The notes beneath the pieces were generated by a model that did not search any database, was not told the DNA's origin, and was given only the letters and a program-made list of their open reading frames with translations. The translations under genes and the position numbers were made by a program. A stretch of DNA of 64,000 nucleotides from a virus. Positions 11,232 through 21,208 of the stretch are shown here, one piece after another. How positions within the stretch are numbered: position 1 is the first letter of the stretch; each line of letters begins with the position of its first letter. The DNA lies in the IMG/VR virus record IMGVR_UViG_3300005747_000012, positions 32,001 through 96,000 of that record. The stretch is one strand, 5' to 3'.

Positions 11232-11653
11232 TGGCACAAAGAACAATCGCTGGCGCACATGTTAAATTGTATATAAACGGAAAAGTTTATAACGAGGTTC
11301 AGCAATTACAATACACAATAGATTATGGGGAAGAACCAATTTACGGTATTGACTCGGTATTTCCACAAGAAATTAAAATTACCAGAGTTTCTATCCAAGG
11401 AAGTGTTTCTGGAGTCAGAACTGCTCAGTCAAATGGCCTTCAAGGGTATGATATAAGGCCTAAAATATTTGACTCAATATTTGCACCATATATTTCTATT
11501 AGAATTAGCGATAGAAGAACTGGTGAAGATATTCTTTTCGTCCCTTATGCAAGAGTAACAAATGAGCGTACAAATATAAACGCCAAAGGTGTTGTTCAAA
11601 CATCTTTTAGCTTTTCAGGTCTGCAAGGGCAGCAACCTCTTGACAGAGTTTAA
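11231..11653 (+). CDS. Tail tube-like / baseplate hub protein
   Basis: 140 aa, beta-rich, 'VKLYINGKVY..VQQLQYTIDYGEEPIYGIDS..PQEI' pattern typical of tube-fold proteins; TAATG overlap with the upstream gene. Confidence 0.5.
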   Translation: MAQRTIAGAHVKLYINGKVYNEVQQLQYTIDYGEEPIYGIDSVFPQEIKITRVSIQGSVSGVRTAQSNGLQGYDIRPKIFDSIFAPYISIRISDRRTGEDILFVPYARVTNERTNINAKGVVQTSFSFSGLQGQQPLDRV

Positions 11654-11664
11654 AAATTAAACAT

Positions 11665-12114
11665 TTAACAGTCGCCCAAATCAGCCCCACAGTTTTTGCA
11701 TGAGTAAAACTGCAAGTTTTTACTAATTACATTTTTGTATTTTTGAGGGTTTGAGCAGCATCCTGATTTATCAAAATCTTTTAAAATTGCAGCTTTACTT
11801 TTGCCAAAATGTTTTCCTTCAGGATTTAAAAGTCTTCTTCTCATCATTTCAAAATATGTCTCTTCATCTTTTTCCAAATGTAACGTGTAAAGAGCATGAG
11901 CTACTTCCATTGTCTTTTTAGCTAAAGAAGACTCGTCTATATCACCAATAGGATCAGCAGTGGATAATTCGTCACGCTCTGGCCAGCCACCATTATTGTA
12001 AGTAGCTGAATATACTGGTTCATTAAATCTTGATTTTGTTTTTTCCGACATGTTTTTCTCCAATTCTTGCGCTGTCATTTTTGTTTTTTTACCATTAATT
12101 TTTATATTCCACAT
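11665..12114 (-). CDS. Hypothetical protein with C-terminal Cys cluster (CC...CxxC)
   Basis: Probable start ATG 12114 (MWNIKIN) with GGAG RBS and its own sigma70-like promoter; the ORF-track start at 12180 overlaps that promoter. Confidence 0.65.
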   Translation of the reverse strand: MWNIKINGKKTKMTAQELEKNMSEKTKSRFNEPVYSATYNNGGWPERDELSTADPIGDIDESSLAKKTMEVAHALYTLHLEKDEETYFEMMRRRLLNPEGKHFGKSKAAILKDFDKSGCCSNPQKYKNVISKNLQFYSCKNCGADLGDC

Positions 12115-12137
12115 AATTTTAAAACTCCTTTTTAACA

Positions 12138-12165
12138 ATAGTATCATATACACAAAAAAAGTCAA
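12138..12165 (-). promoter_or_regulatory. Sigma70-type promoter
   Basis: TTGACT-16 nt-TACTAT with TG extension, upstream of the inverted gene at 12114. Confidence 0.65.
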
Positions 12166-12176
12166 TAAAAAGCTCG

Positions 12177-12212
12177 GCACTGAATCTTTAAATTATATGA
12201 TATTATATAGTT
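12177..12212 (+). promoter_or_regulatory. 36-bp element, copy 2 (putative late promoter)
   Basis: Exact copy of 2259-2294, upstream of the 1476-aa structural gene. Confidence 0.7.
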
Positions 12213-12265
12213 GTAAATGATTTTTTTAATAACAACATGATTTCAATTAGTTATAAGGGTATTAA

Positions 12266-15200
12266 ATGAGTGTAAGAAGGCGGCAAAATTTTCTAGGTGG
12301 ACAAAGGATTGATGTACCATATTTGAAATCGGTTGAATCAGCAGTTTCTAATGATTTCGATGAGTTAATTAGCGGTTTAGTTATTGGTGAAAATAAAAGC
12401 TATGTAGTTCGTGGGTTTGAAATTAATATGCCCGGTGCTATTGGGTCTTCTGCCAATGGGTTACAGCTTATCGTGTCTGACACCTCTATTCTTCACGGGG
12501 CCTCTGACGAATCTGGTACGTTTTACAATATTCCTAGCGGAACTCCTGCCGAAACTTTGTCGAGTACAACAAATGATCGTGTAGACGGTGCTTTTACGCC
12601 GTCTACAGATAATTATGTTGGCGTTGAGCTTGTAAGAGAAGTTGATGACTCTACAATTGATCAATCTTACTTTTGGAACCCTACCACAAACATAGAAGTT
12701 ACAAAAACAGTACCATTGGCAATCATTTTGGATTACAAAATTGTAATTTCTACTTCATCTTTTGCGTCAAACGTATTGCCTATTGCAATTGTCCAAACTG
12801 ACGCTTCAAATAACGTAATTTCAATTACAGACCGTAGGCCAATGCTTTTAAGACTTGGTACGGCTGGTGATTTTGACCCCAACCCATTTTACATCTATCC
12901 TTGGGCTGATGGTCGTTCTGAAAATTTTTACACCTCAACCTCATCTGCTACCTCACCATTTCAGGGTGGCGATAAACAAATCAAAAATTTAAAAGAATTT
13001 TTTGATGCGTTAATGACAGAAGTAAAACTTTTAAAGGGTACACCATATTGGTATTCTGAAAATCCCGGCTCAATCAGTAATTTAAGAGCTGACCTTGCTA
13101 ATACAGCATTTACCGGAAAAGGTAATGTAGTTCACGGTAGAATTGATTTCCAAGGTCAAGTAGCTGGAATGACAGCGGATGTCCTTATTAGAACAGTTAA
13201 TACTGGTGAGATTAATAACATTACACTTATTGCAAATGGTTCTGATATAAACACTCTTGTTGCTGATTACAACGCTGCAAATCCTGAAAATGAAATTGAG
13301 TTTGTAAGCGGAGATGATTCTCAAATTCCTACAGCAGATATTGTTCTTACGTCTAAGCCGGGCCAAGTAAACTGGTCTCAAGATATTTATTTAAGATTTA
13401 TTGGTGGCAGACTAAATTATAAGATTCTTTCAAATGATACAAGTACCGAAGTATCTTTGGCTGACAACCAAGTTGCTTATATAAATTTGGTTAGAGACAA
13501 AAATATTATACCACCACTTAAATTTATTGAAAAATTAGGTGGTGGAACTGTCGCTACTTCTATAGGTGGAGCAAATTGGACAAACGATGTTAAGCCGGGT
13601 GACTTTATTAAAGATGCCTCTAAAGGCAGTGAATTCTATTATGAAATTGATACTGTTGATTCACTATCTGAGGTAACATTGAAAGTTGATTATGTTGATG
13701 TTCCAGATACCCCTGCTGGTTTTGACGCTCAATATGCTTGGGGAATTTACGAAACAAATCCTTCCCCATTAACTTCAAGACATGTTTTTATTGCAGATAG
13801 AGAAGATGTGCCTTTTGATGAAGATGTTTTTTGGCTGTTTTTTAGGTCAGATGATGGCGGTATCCCAAGAGTTTACGCTAGAATTTTAGGTGGTACTGAG
13901 CTTGAGCAGGGTGAGGCTAGAACAATTGCTGACAATACAGCCCAAACTGTTCTTGATTACATTGGCTCAACTTCCGAGTCTGACACTACACCTACTTATG
14001 ATGAAAGTGCAACCGATTCTAAAAATAATCAAACACATTATAATTCTGTAGCTGAAGAAAATCTTACCGATAGAATTTCCAGACTCACTACAATGATGGC
14101 TGACAAGGCACAAGATAAAACTGTTAAACTTGTTTCAGATCATACAGTTGTTACAAATACAACAAACACAACTTTTCAAGACATAACTTTTTCAGGTGGA
14201 AGTGGAGTAGCTAATGTCATTGTTCCAAGCTCTGCTAATAATGGGACGATAGGACTATCCGGTACACTTTCTCTTGAGGAAAACCAAGTCGCTTTCTATC
14301 AAATTGATAGGAATGCGGCTTTTACAATAGCCGATCTTTCTTTACTTACTGTTGCAGATATTGATTTAGTTCCTTTAAATGAAAAAACATTTATATTTGC
14401 ATACAGATTAACTGGCGATACAGTTTATCTATGGGATAACTCTTCTTTAGGAGAAGGTGATCTTTTAGACATATCTGTATTAAGAGAATATGTACAACAA
14501 AACAATACGTTAAAAATGGTCAAGGGAGGTACTTGGTCATGGGATTTGGCTACAAATACATTGTCAAACTCACTGTCGGCATATGTTCAGATTGCTGGCC
14601 TTTCTGATAGTGCAAATGAAATTATAGCTCAAAACATTGTATTAGATGCCGATCAAAAAGTAGCCTATGTAGAAATTAACAGAGGAATAACCCCTTCTGT
14701 TTTAACTGTTAATGTTGCGGATATTTCGACGGTTGATCTGTCTAGCGATGATGTTTTTGTCATTGCCAGAAGAACTGGCGGTGACGTATTAGTTGGAACT
14801 AATTCTTTTGCTCTTAAAGACAGAGAATTTTTAGAGCTTGATGGAGCGTTGGCAGAAATCAATAGACATCACGGGCAATTGCTTGTTAGGCCTGAAGCTA
14901 CTTTGAGTAAAAGAGTTGAAATATCCGGTGCTGATATTGCCAAATTAAGCGGCTCTCAAATTAGTCTTGAACAAAAATCATTGTTGCTTGATTTTAATGG
15001 TGCTGTAATTGATTTTTCTACAGGCGAAGTTTTTGAATCGGATGGAGGAACGCCTTTAAACGATAAAGCAAATGATTTTACTCCTGCAACAATCGGTGCT
15101 AATGAATATTTTTTCTACAGTGTAACATTGCTTCCAAATACCGTTAATGCAAATAATACAATAACAGGTCAAATATTAGTTTTGCCAGCCAGTGCCTCTA

Positions 15201-16696
15201 ATGCTGTTTTGGCAGATGCTCCGAGAGCACCATTTCCAAGTTCAGGAATTAAACTAGGAAATGTTTACGTTCAAGAAGACGGTGGCGGTAGTATATTAAA
15301 TATTGACTATGAAAACATCATATCTCTTGGAGTTGGTGGTTCTGGTTCTGGTGGAACCGGCGATGCTAATGAGCTTCTTGAGAGGCTTAAAAATAGACTA
15401 GCAAACTATGGAGCGTATGAATATATGACTCCAGTTATTTTTTCTACAGTAGAAGAAGATTTAACATTTGAAACAAATACAACAGCTAATTTTAGTGTTG
15501 TTAATTCAAACTATGAGTTTGAAACGATAGGAACAGTATTTGAGTCTGTTCAACTTTTAGATGCTGAATTTTTAGCTGAAGAAATTGAACTTGATGAAAT
15601 TGAATTAATCCATTATTGGAATTTAGACAGCCTAGACTCAGCAGCTATTTACGAAGTATCTAGAGATGGCGGCAATGAATGGCAATCTGTTTCAATGTCA
15701 AGAATAGGAAGTTCTGACACTTATAGAGGAACGCATACTTTTGCAGAAGAGGCGGCAAATAGCTTTAGTCAAACCGAAGGTACGTTTAACGGAACTTACA
15801 CTGATTTAACTGATCTAAATGAATTATCTAGAGATTTTATTTTAGCCAATACCACAACAGTCAAAAAAGTAACTGCTGAAGTTAACAAAACAGCAGCAGC
15901 TACAGGATATGTGTTTGCAGTAGCGGTTAAGGATGACGGTGGTGGATTGCCTTCAACAGACCCACTTGATGAAATTGGAAGAAGTAAATTTGTATCAATT
16001 GATGGTTTAGTAGCTGGTGCTCAAAGTGTAGATTTTGAAATTAGATTTACTGCCCCTGCTGAAACTTACCATATAGTTTTTAAAACAGATGTCATATATA
16101 AAACAGAATACACTAATAGTGCTGGTGCTAATAAAATAGCTATTGAAGATGACGGTGCTGATGTTGCATATACTTTAGAAGGACTAGAGCTTGATCTAAG
16201 AGTTAGAATTACAAGTGGAACTGATGAAGTAGCTTCTGAAGGTTTTGGCCTATTTTATAAAGATGATAATAAAGTTAGTCCAGTTGATGGAAATGTGTTT
16301 AGAAACGTGTCAACATTTGTTGGTGACGTAGATAACTTGGATACGTTTACATTAACTTTCCTACCTGACCCACGATTACTTCATGTGTACGAATGGGGAA
16401 CGGGGCAAGTTTATAGATATGGAGCATTTGTAATACAAGGCTATGATGTTATATTTGAACCTAACACTTTTAATAAGCCTGAGACTGTATCGTTAGAATT
16501 TTTACAGATTCAAGGTGGAAGTTTTGATAATAGCGATAAAAACGCCTCATTATTGGCCGCCAATCATTTAGGTAGTACAGATGCAAACATTGATTTAAGT
16601 GTGGCTGGAAGAGGTTTGTTTTTAAGACGACCCGATGGAACATTAAGAGAAATAACAATAGACGATAGTGACAATCTCGTAATTTATAGCGTATAG
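12266..16696 (+). CDS. Large tail/baseplate-associated structural protein (1476 aa)
   Basis: Long acidic beta-rich ORF in the tail module with internal repeats of 'L.DNQVAY..(I/L).R'. Confidence 0.6.
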   Translation: MSVRRRQNFLGGQRIDVPYLKSVESAVSNDFDELISGLVIGENKSYVVRGFEINMPGAIGSSANGLQLIVSDTSILHGASDESGTFYNIPSGTPAETLSSTTNDRVDGAFTPSTDNYVGVELVREVDDSTIDQSYFWNPTTNIEVTKTVPLAIILDYKIVISTSSFASNVLPIAIVQTDASNNVISITDRRPMLLRLGTAGDFDPNPFYIYPWADGRSENFYTSTSSATSPFQGGDKQIKNLKEFFDALMTEVKLLKGTPYWYSENPGSISNLRADLANTAFTGKGNVVHGRIDFQGQVAGMTADVLIRTVNTGEINNITLIANGSDINTLVADYNAANPENEIEFVSGDDSQIPTADIVLTSKPGQVNWSQDIYLRFIGGRLNYKILSNDTSTEVSLADNQVAYINLVRDKNIIPPLKFIEKLGGGTVATSIGGANWTNDVKPGDFIKDASKGSEFYYEIDTVDSLSEVTLKVDYVDVPDTPAGFDAQYAWGIYETNPSPLTSRHVFIADREDVPFDEDVFWLFFRSDDGGIPRVYARILGGTELEQGEARTIADNTAQTVLDYIGSTSESDTTPTYDESATDSKNNQTHYNSVAEENLTDRISRLTTMMADKAQDKTVKLVSDHTVVTNTTNTTFQDITFSGGSGVANVIVPSSANNGTIGLSGTLSLEENQVAFYQIDRNAAFTIADLSLLTVADIDLVPLNEKTFIFAYRLTGDTVYLWDNSSLGEGDLLDISVLREYVQQNNTLKMVKGGTWSWDLATNTLSNSLSAYVQIAGLSDSANEIIAQNIVLDADQKVAYVEINRGITPSVLTVNVADISTVDLSSDDVFVIARRTGGDVLVGTNSFALKDREFLELDGALAEINRHHGQLLVRPEATLSKRVEISGADIAKLSGSQISLEQKSLLLDFNGAVIDFSTGEVFESDGGTPLNDKANDFTPATIGANEYFFYSVTLLPNTVNANNTITGQILVLPASASNAVLADAPRAPFPSSGIKLGNVYVQEDGGGSILNIDYENIISLGVGGSGSGGTGDANELLERLKNRLANYGAYEYMTPVIFSTVEEDLTFETNTTANFSVVNSNYEFETIGTVFESVQLLDAEFLAEEIELDEIELIHYWNLDSLDSAAIYEVSRDGGNEWQSVSMSRIGSSDTYRGTHTFAEEAANSFSQTEGTFNGTYTDLTDLNELSRDFILANTTTVKKVTAEVNKTAAATGYVFAVAVKDDGGGLPSTDPLDEIGRSKFVSIDGLVAGAQSVDFEIRFTAPAETYHIVFKTDVIYKTEYTNSAGANKIAIEDDGADVAYTLEGLELDLRVRITSGTDEVASEGFGLFYKDDNKVSPVDGNVFRNVSTFVGDVDNLDTFTLTFLPDPRLLHVYEWGTGQVYRYGAFVIQGYDVIFEPNTFNKPETVSLEFLQIQGGSFDNSDKNASLLAANHLGSTDANIDLSVAGRGLFLRRPDGTLREITIDDSDNLVIYSV

Positions 16697-16704
16697 GATA
16701 AGTA

Positions 16705-18039
16705 ATGACAAGAGAAATTGTAAAAATAGTTGGAACAGGTTCTTCTAAAGCTTTAGACGGTACTGTTATTGACATGTCTAAAGCTAGTCAAAGCGCATCT
16801 ATATCAAGTGATACAACTTTTACATTTGAAAATATATCTGACGGCTCAACAACAGTTTTATCTGTGTATAACTCTGACACTATAGCCCACTCAGTTTCTT
16901 TTACTGACAGTAGTGGTGTTAGTATATCTCCTACTGATGCTGCTGTTGGTGTTAATTCTGAAGTATGGACTGTGTATCAAATTGAAAAAAATACAGTTGG
17001 ATTTTTTGTTCAGGTATTAAGTGTAGACTCCTCCAATCCTTTTCTGTTAGGGCTTGACGGTGATCTGATAATTCTTAACGGACAAAATGTAGATTTAAAT
17101 GCAGGTGATATTAAAGACTATAACAATATTGATATTCAAGCAGGTGGAACTTTAACACTTCTTGACCCATCTAACACAGGTGACTTAGTTGAAATTTATG
17201 CTGCTGGAACTTTTAACATTGATGGAGAAATAATTGGACGCAACACTGAAAACAACGGTGGTTCTTATTCAGGCAACACCTTAATCGGCTCTGCTTATTC
17301 TTATACCGTGACTCAAGCAACAGGCGGTTCAGGTGGAAGTGGTGGCTCAGTCCCATTTGCTTCAGGCGGTAGCGGAGGAGCAGGAACAAATGGATATGGA
17401 GGCGGCGGCGGCGGCGGTGGCTCATATTATAACAGTGATGGAGTTTTTGCAGGGAATGGCGGTGCAGGTGGATCAAACAATGGGAATGGCGGTGCAGGAA
17501 CAGCAAGTGCTTTTAATCCTGCTAGTGGTGGCGCAGGTGGTGCAGGTAATTCAACACAAGGAAATGGAAACAATGGTACACAAGGAACAGTCACGTCTGG
17601 AGCCGTAAACGGAAGGGCCGGGGCAAGTGGCGGTGGATCAGGCGGTGGAGGTGGTGGAGCATCTTATGACGCTAACTATGGCAGCGGTTCTGTTTTGGGT
17701 TCATCTGGAGCAGGTGGTGGAGAAAAGGGTTATCATGGTGCTAATTTATTTTTATATTGCTCTAATTCAATAACAGGAAGCGGATCAATCAACCTTTCTG
17801 GTCTTGATGGATACAATGGAGGCAATGGAGTAACCGGAGCCACTATCAACTCTGCTCAATCATACGGTTCAGGCGGTGGCGGTGGCGGTGGTGCTGGCGG
17901 TTCAGGCGGTAATTTAAGATACACAACACCTTCCCTCAATCCTTCAGTAGATGTCAGCGGTGGTTCTGGTGGAACAGGGGGGACTTTTTCTGGGCAGAAT
18001 GGAACGGCAGGAAACAATGGAACCGTTCAAAATATATAG
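16705..18039 (+). CDS. Glycine-rich tail fibre/adhesin-like protein
   Basis: C-terminal half dominated by GGxGG repeats, in tail module. Confidence 0.6.
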   Translation: MTREIVKIVGTGSSKALDGTVIDMSKASQSASISSDTTFTFENISDGSTTVLSVYNSDTIAHSVSFTDSSGVSISPTDAAVGVNSEVWTVYQIEKNTVGFFVQVLSVDSSNPFLLGLDGDLIILNGQNVDLNAGDIKDYNNIDIQAGGTLTLLDPSNTGDLVEIYAAGTFNIDGEIIGRNTENNGGSYSGNTLIGSAYSYTVTQATGGSGGSGGSVPFASGGSGGAGTNGYGGGGGGGGSYYNSDGVFAGNGGAGGSNNGNGGAGTASAFNPASGGAGGAGNSTQGNGNNGTQGTVTSGAVNGRAGASGGGSGGGGGGASYDANYGSGSVLGSSGAGGGEKGYHGANLFLYCSNSITGSGSINLSGLDGYNGGNGVTGATINSAQSYGSGGGGGGGAGGSGGNLRYTTPSLNPSVDVSGGSGGTGGTFSGQNGTAGNNGTVQNI

Positions 18040-18047
18040 GATTTAAA

Positions 18048-18551
18048 ATGAATGTTTTAACTTTAAGAAAAAGCTTAAATAAAATTAAAATTTTTAACAA
18101 TGTAAAAGACGTTGCAAGTTTTTGCGAATCTCTTGCAGTTAACAGAAACATACCATTAGATGACCTTGTAGCTTTTGAGGTAAAAACAAAAATTCTTAAC
18201 TATCATTCAAAAGAAAATTTTGTTGTTGACGGTGAGAGTTTAATTTTTTTTGAAAAACAAAATCACGAAGTTGAAATTGATATAGAAATTACAAAATGGG
18301 CAAAACTTCTTGAGAAGCTTGGGATTGACCCAAGTGAAGATTTTAGTAAAAGATTCTCAAGTGACCCAGAAATTTTAAGAAAACAATATCCAGAGGACGT
18401 TGCAGAAGCAATTGAATATAATATTCAAAACCCTGATAACGTAAAAGAAACTCTTCCGTCACCAGTAATTTTTAAGGAACATGAAGAGCAGCAAAAAAAC
18501 GTAGAAGTCACAACTCTCCACATAGGACAACCAATTTGGGGTGAATTATAA
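18048..18551 (+). CDS. Hypothetical protein (possible fibre-associated chaperone)
   Basis: 167-aa ORF with AGGA RBS, tightly packed after the Gly-rich fibre gene. Confidence 0.5.
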   Translation: MNVLTLRKSLNKIKIFNNVKDVASFCESLAVNRNIPLDDLVAFEVKTKILNYHSKENFVVDGESLIFFEKQNHEVEIDIEITKWAKLLEKLGIDPSEDFSKRFSSDPEILRKQYPEDVAEAIEYNIQNPDNVKETLPSPVIFKEHEEQQKNVEVTTLHIGQPIWGEL

Positions 18552-18565
18552 ATTAGGAATATGAT

Positions 18566-19348
18566 ATGCAATTTTTTGGAATAGAAGAAGTTAAAGATTT
18601 GACAAAAGCTTCCCAAACAACTATTGAGTGGGCTTCTGGCTCTAACCTTAGAATTGGAGGTCAGGCTTATAGTGTGACTTCTGTGCTCACATTAGATACT
18701 GCCACAGATATTGACACAGGTGCAATAGCAAGTGATACTATATACTATATATATGCTGTTGTTGTAGCTGGAACAGTTAGTCTTAAATACTCACTATCAA
18801 ATTCTGTTCCAGCAGGATATAGTGCGTATAGATTAATTGGAAATTTTGCAACAGATGAAATATCTGAAATTTATGAAACAAATATTATTGCTCAACCTGT
18901 TGCTTTTTTGGAGGATGTAAAAGCCGAAGGTTCTCAAGGTGGCACATATACTACAGGGTCTTTTCAAACTAGAACGCTCAATACTCTATCAGGGGATATT
19001 GCAGCAGTCGGTGTAACTCTATCTTCTAACCAATTTACTCTTCCTACAGGAAAGTATTTAATTGAAGCTTATGGCAGGGCTTTTAGAGTTGATAACTTTG
19101 TTCACAGAATCCTCAATGTAGATGACTCTGTTGGAGTTTTATTTGGTGATATAGGGTATTCGGCAATTACATCTAATAGTAACGATATATCGCATGTTAG
19201 AGGGGTCATAACTATAACTAAAGAGACAACTTTTGCTCTCCAAATGAACGGAAGAGCTACAAGGTCTACGGATGGATTTGGTGCTGCTGCTTCAGGATTA
19301 GGTGTAGATTATAAATTTGCTCAAGTAAAAATTACTAGGATGAAGTAA
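18566..19348 (+). CDS. Tail fibre protein
   Basis: 'IDTGAIASDTIYYIYAV...PAGYSAYRLIG' and 'GGTYTTGSFQTRTLNT...NQFTLPTGKYLIEA' are common phage fibre motifs. Confidence 0.65.
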   Translation: MQFFGIEEVKDLTKASQTTIEWASGSNLRIGGQAYSVTSVLTLDTATDIDTGAIASDTIYYIYAVVVAGTVSLKYSLSNSVPAGYSAYRLIGNFATDEISEIYETNIIAQPVAFLEDVKAEGSQGGTYTTGSFQTRTLNTLSGDIAAVGVTLSSNQFTLPTGKYLIEAYGRAFRVDNFVHRILNVDDSVGVLFGDIGYSAITSNSNDISHVRGVITITKETTFALQMNGRATRSTDGFGAAASGLGVDYKFAQVKITRMK

Positions 19349-19374
19349 TAACCAACTAAATAAGGAAGCTATAA

Positions 19375-19461
19375 ATGGCTAAAGAAATATCATTGGGAAC
19401 TATCCTAACAAATAACGCCATTATTGACGGAAAGGATATAAAATATGAGTGTACAAGGTAA
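19375..19461 (+). CDS. 28-aa micro-ORF, possibly a deleted-gene remnant
   Basis: AAGGAAG RBS then MAKEISLGTILTNNAIIDGKDIKYECTR*; fills the gap between two fibre genes. Confidence 0.35.
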   Translation: MAKEISLGTILTNNAIIDGKDIKYECTR

Positions 19462-20683
19462 AGGTAATTTATCCTACAAAAAACAAAATGTGCAAAAACA
19501 AAACGCACCGCATACAGGTGTAAAAAACATTACGTTTGCGCATTTATTCTCTAATGCTGGTGAGACAACAATACCTTTTGATGCACTTGTAACGCCTCCT
19601 GAATGGTCAACATCAGGACTTGTAAATCCTACTTCTCAATCGTTACTTTCTGCTCAATTGCAAGTATTTAAAAATAATGTAACTGTAACATCTTCAGCAA
19701 GAGGTTTGATTCAAAAATCAGAATATATAGTACATGGTAATAGAATTGAATTTAAAAATATTACCTCACTTGTAAATGAATATTTTGAGGTTGAAGTAGC
19801 TGACATACTTATTACTGGAAATCTTATTGTTGATATGCAGACAATCAGAGTTGAAGGCGAACTTCAAGATACTGAAACTGATTTTAACATGGGATATGAG
19901 TTTGATGTATTGAACGAAGAAATCATAGTATTCCGTGATGGTATTCAGATGTTTAGGTCTGATAATAATGATTCGTCAGGAACTACTGGTAACTACTATT
20001 ATGTAGATACTGATGGCGATGGCAGGTCAAGTTTGCTTAGATTTTTTGAGCCTTCTGTCGGTGTTGAGCCTGTTTTAATTGCTAGTACAGGCGGTGTTGT
20101 TGATAATGCTAATGTTAGTACGTTTCAACAAATTGAGCATTTAGCTGGACAGCTTGATGCAATTGTTCCAACAGTAGCAGCACTTGCTGGTGTGCCAGAA
20201 AGTAATTTTAGAAGTGGGCCGAATAATGTTGATTTAACTCAATTCGGTAATTTATTAATAAATCTTGACAATAAATATGACACAACTGAAAAACTAAGTG
20301 AATATACCAAAACAAAATATCAAACTAAAAGTACTAATTTTTCTGCTGATGGACTTATTTCAGCATTAACATTCAATAATTTAGAACCCGGTAAAACGTA
20401 TAGAATCTACGGAAGATTATATGTTGATGGTAATAATGTTTCTGCTAATCAAGGTGCTTTTATCAATATAGTTCATAATGGTGTTAACATACAAGGTGCC
20501 AGTATTGGAGGTGTATTTGGCACATCTCCAGATAGAAGACACAGTTTTGCTTTTAATGAAGTCTTTACAGCAACAGCAGCAACTCTTGAAGCAGTTGCAT
20601 TTAATGTTCAAAATGCAGGTAACACAATCAAGTGGACTTTAGAAGAACTACCAAACCATGAAGAGACAACAGATTTTACATAG
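19445..20683 (+). CDS. Tail fibre/structural protein
   Basis: 412 aa beta-rich; 'IIVFRDGIQ...GNYYYV' repeat-type motif and a distinct C-terminal domain. Confidence 0.55.
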   Translation: MSVQGKGNLSYKKQNVQKQNAPHTGVKNITFAHLFSNAGETTIPFDALVTPPEWSTSGLVNPTSQSLLSAQLQVFKNNVTVTSSARGLIQKSEYIVHGNRIEFKNITSLVNEYFEVEVADILITGNLIVDMQTIRVEGELQDTETDFNMGYEFDVLNEEIIVFRDGIQMFRSDNNDSSGTTGNYYYVDTDGDGRSSLLRFFEPSVGVEPVLIASTGGVVDNANVSTFQQIEHLAGQLDAIVPTVAALAGVPESNFRSGPNNVDLTQFGNLLINLDNKYDTTEKLSEYTKTKYQTKSTNFSADGLISALTFNNLEPGKTYRIYGRLYVDGNNVSANQGAFINIVHNGVNIQGASIGGVFGTSPDRRHSFAFNEVFTATAATLEAVAFNVQNAGNTIKWTLEELPNHEETTDFT

Positions 20684-20693
20684 GAATTAAAAT

Positions 20694-21206
20694 ATGCCAA
20701 AAACAACTTTACTTAGAAAACAAGTAACACCTACAGGGACGATACAGCCTCATGCTGGTGGAACTGCCCCTGACGGTTTTTTAGTGTGTGATGGTACTAT
20801 TGTGGACATTGCCGACTATCCTAAATTATATGCTGTAATTGGAACATCTTGGGGATATGGTAATAATGATGGTTTAACATTCCACTTACCTGATTTGAGG
20901 GGTAGGTTTTTAAGGGGTGTAGATGGTGCAGCAGGGCGTGACCCTGATTCTGGAGCTAGAACTCCTTCAAATACGGGCGGTAATTCTGGCGATGCTGTTG
21001 GAAGTGTGCAAGATGATAATTTTAAAGAACACACACACACAATAACCACTTATGACACAGCTTTTGGCGGTTCTGCAAATATTCAAGGTTACGGTGCCAG
21101 TGTTAGGGATGCTCCATCAACAAACGCAACTGGTGGTGCAGAAACCAGACCTAAAAACGTAGCAGTAAATATGTTTATAAAGATAAACAGAGAGCCTAGT
21201 AGTTAA
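20694..21206 (+). CDS. Phage tail collar domain protein
   Basis: 'PTGTIQPHAGGTAPDGFLVCDG...YPKLYAVIG...FHLPDLRGRFLRG' and 'ETRPKNVAVNMFIK'. Confidence 0.9.
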   Translation: MPKTTLLRKQVTPTGTIQPHAGGTAPDGFLVCDGTIVDIADYPKLYAVIGTSWGYGNNDGLTFHLPDLRGRFLRGVDGAAGRDPDSGARTPSNTGGNSGDAVGSVQDDNFKEHTHTITTYDTAFGGSANIQGYGASVRDAPSTNATGGAETRPKNVAVNMFIKINREPSS

Positions 21207-21208
21207 AA

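Noticed and set aside
17320-18020. GC-rich repetitive DNA
   Set aside because: Explained by glycine codons of the fibre protein.
16705-21206. Diversity-generating retroelement or invertible fibre cassette
   Set aside because: No reverse transcriptase, recombinase, template/variable repeat pair or inverted repeats seen in the window.
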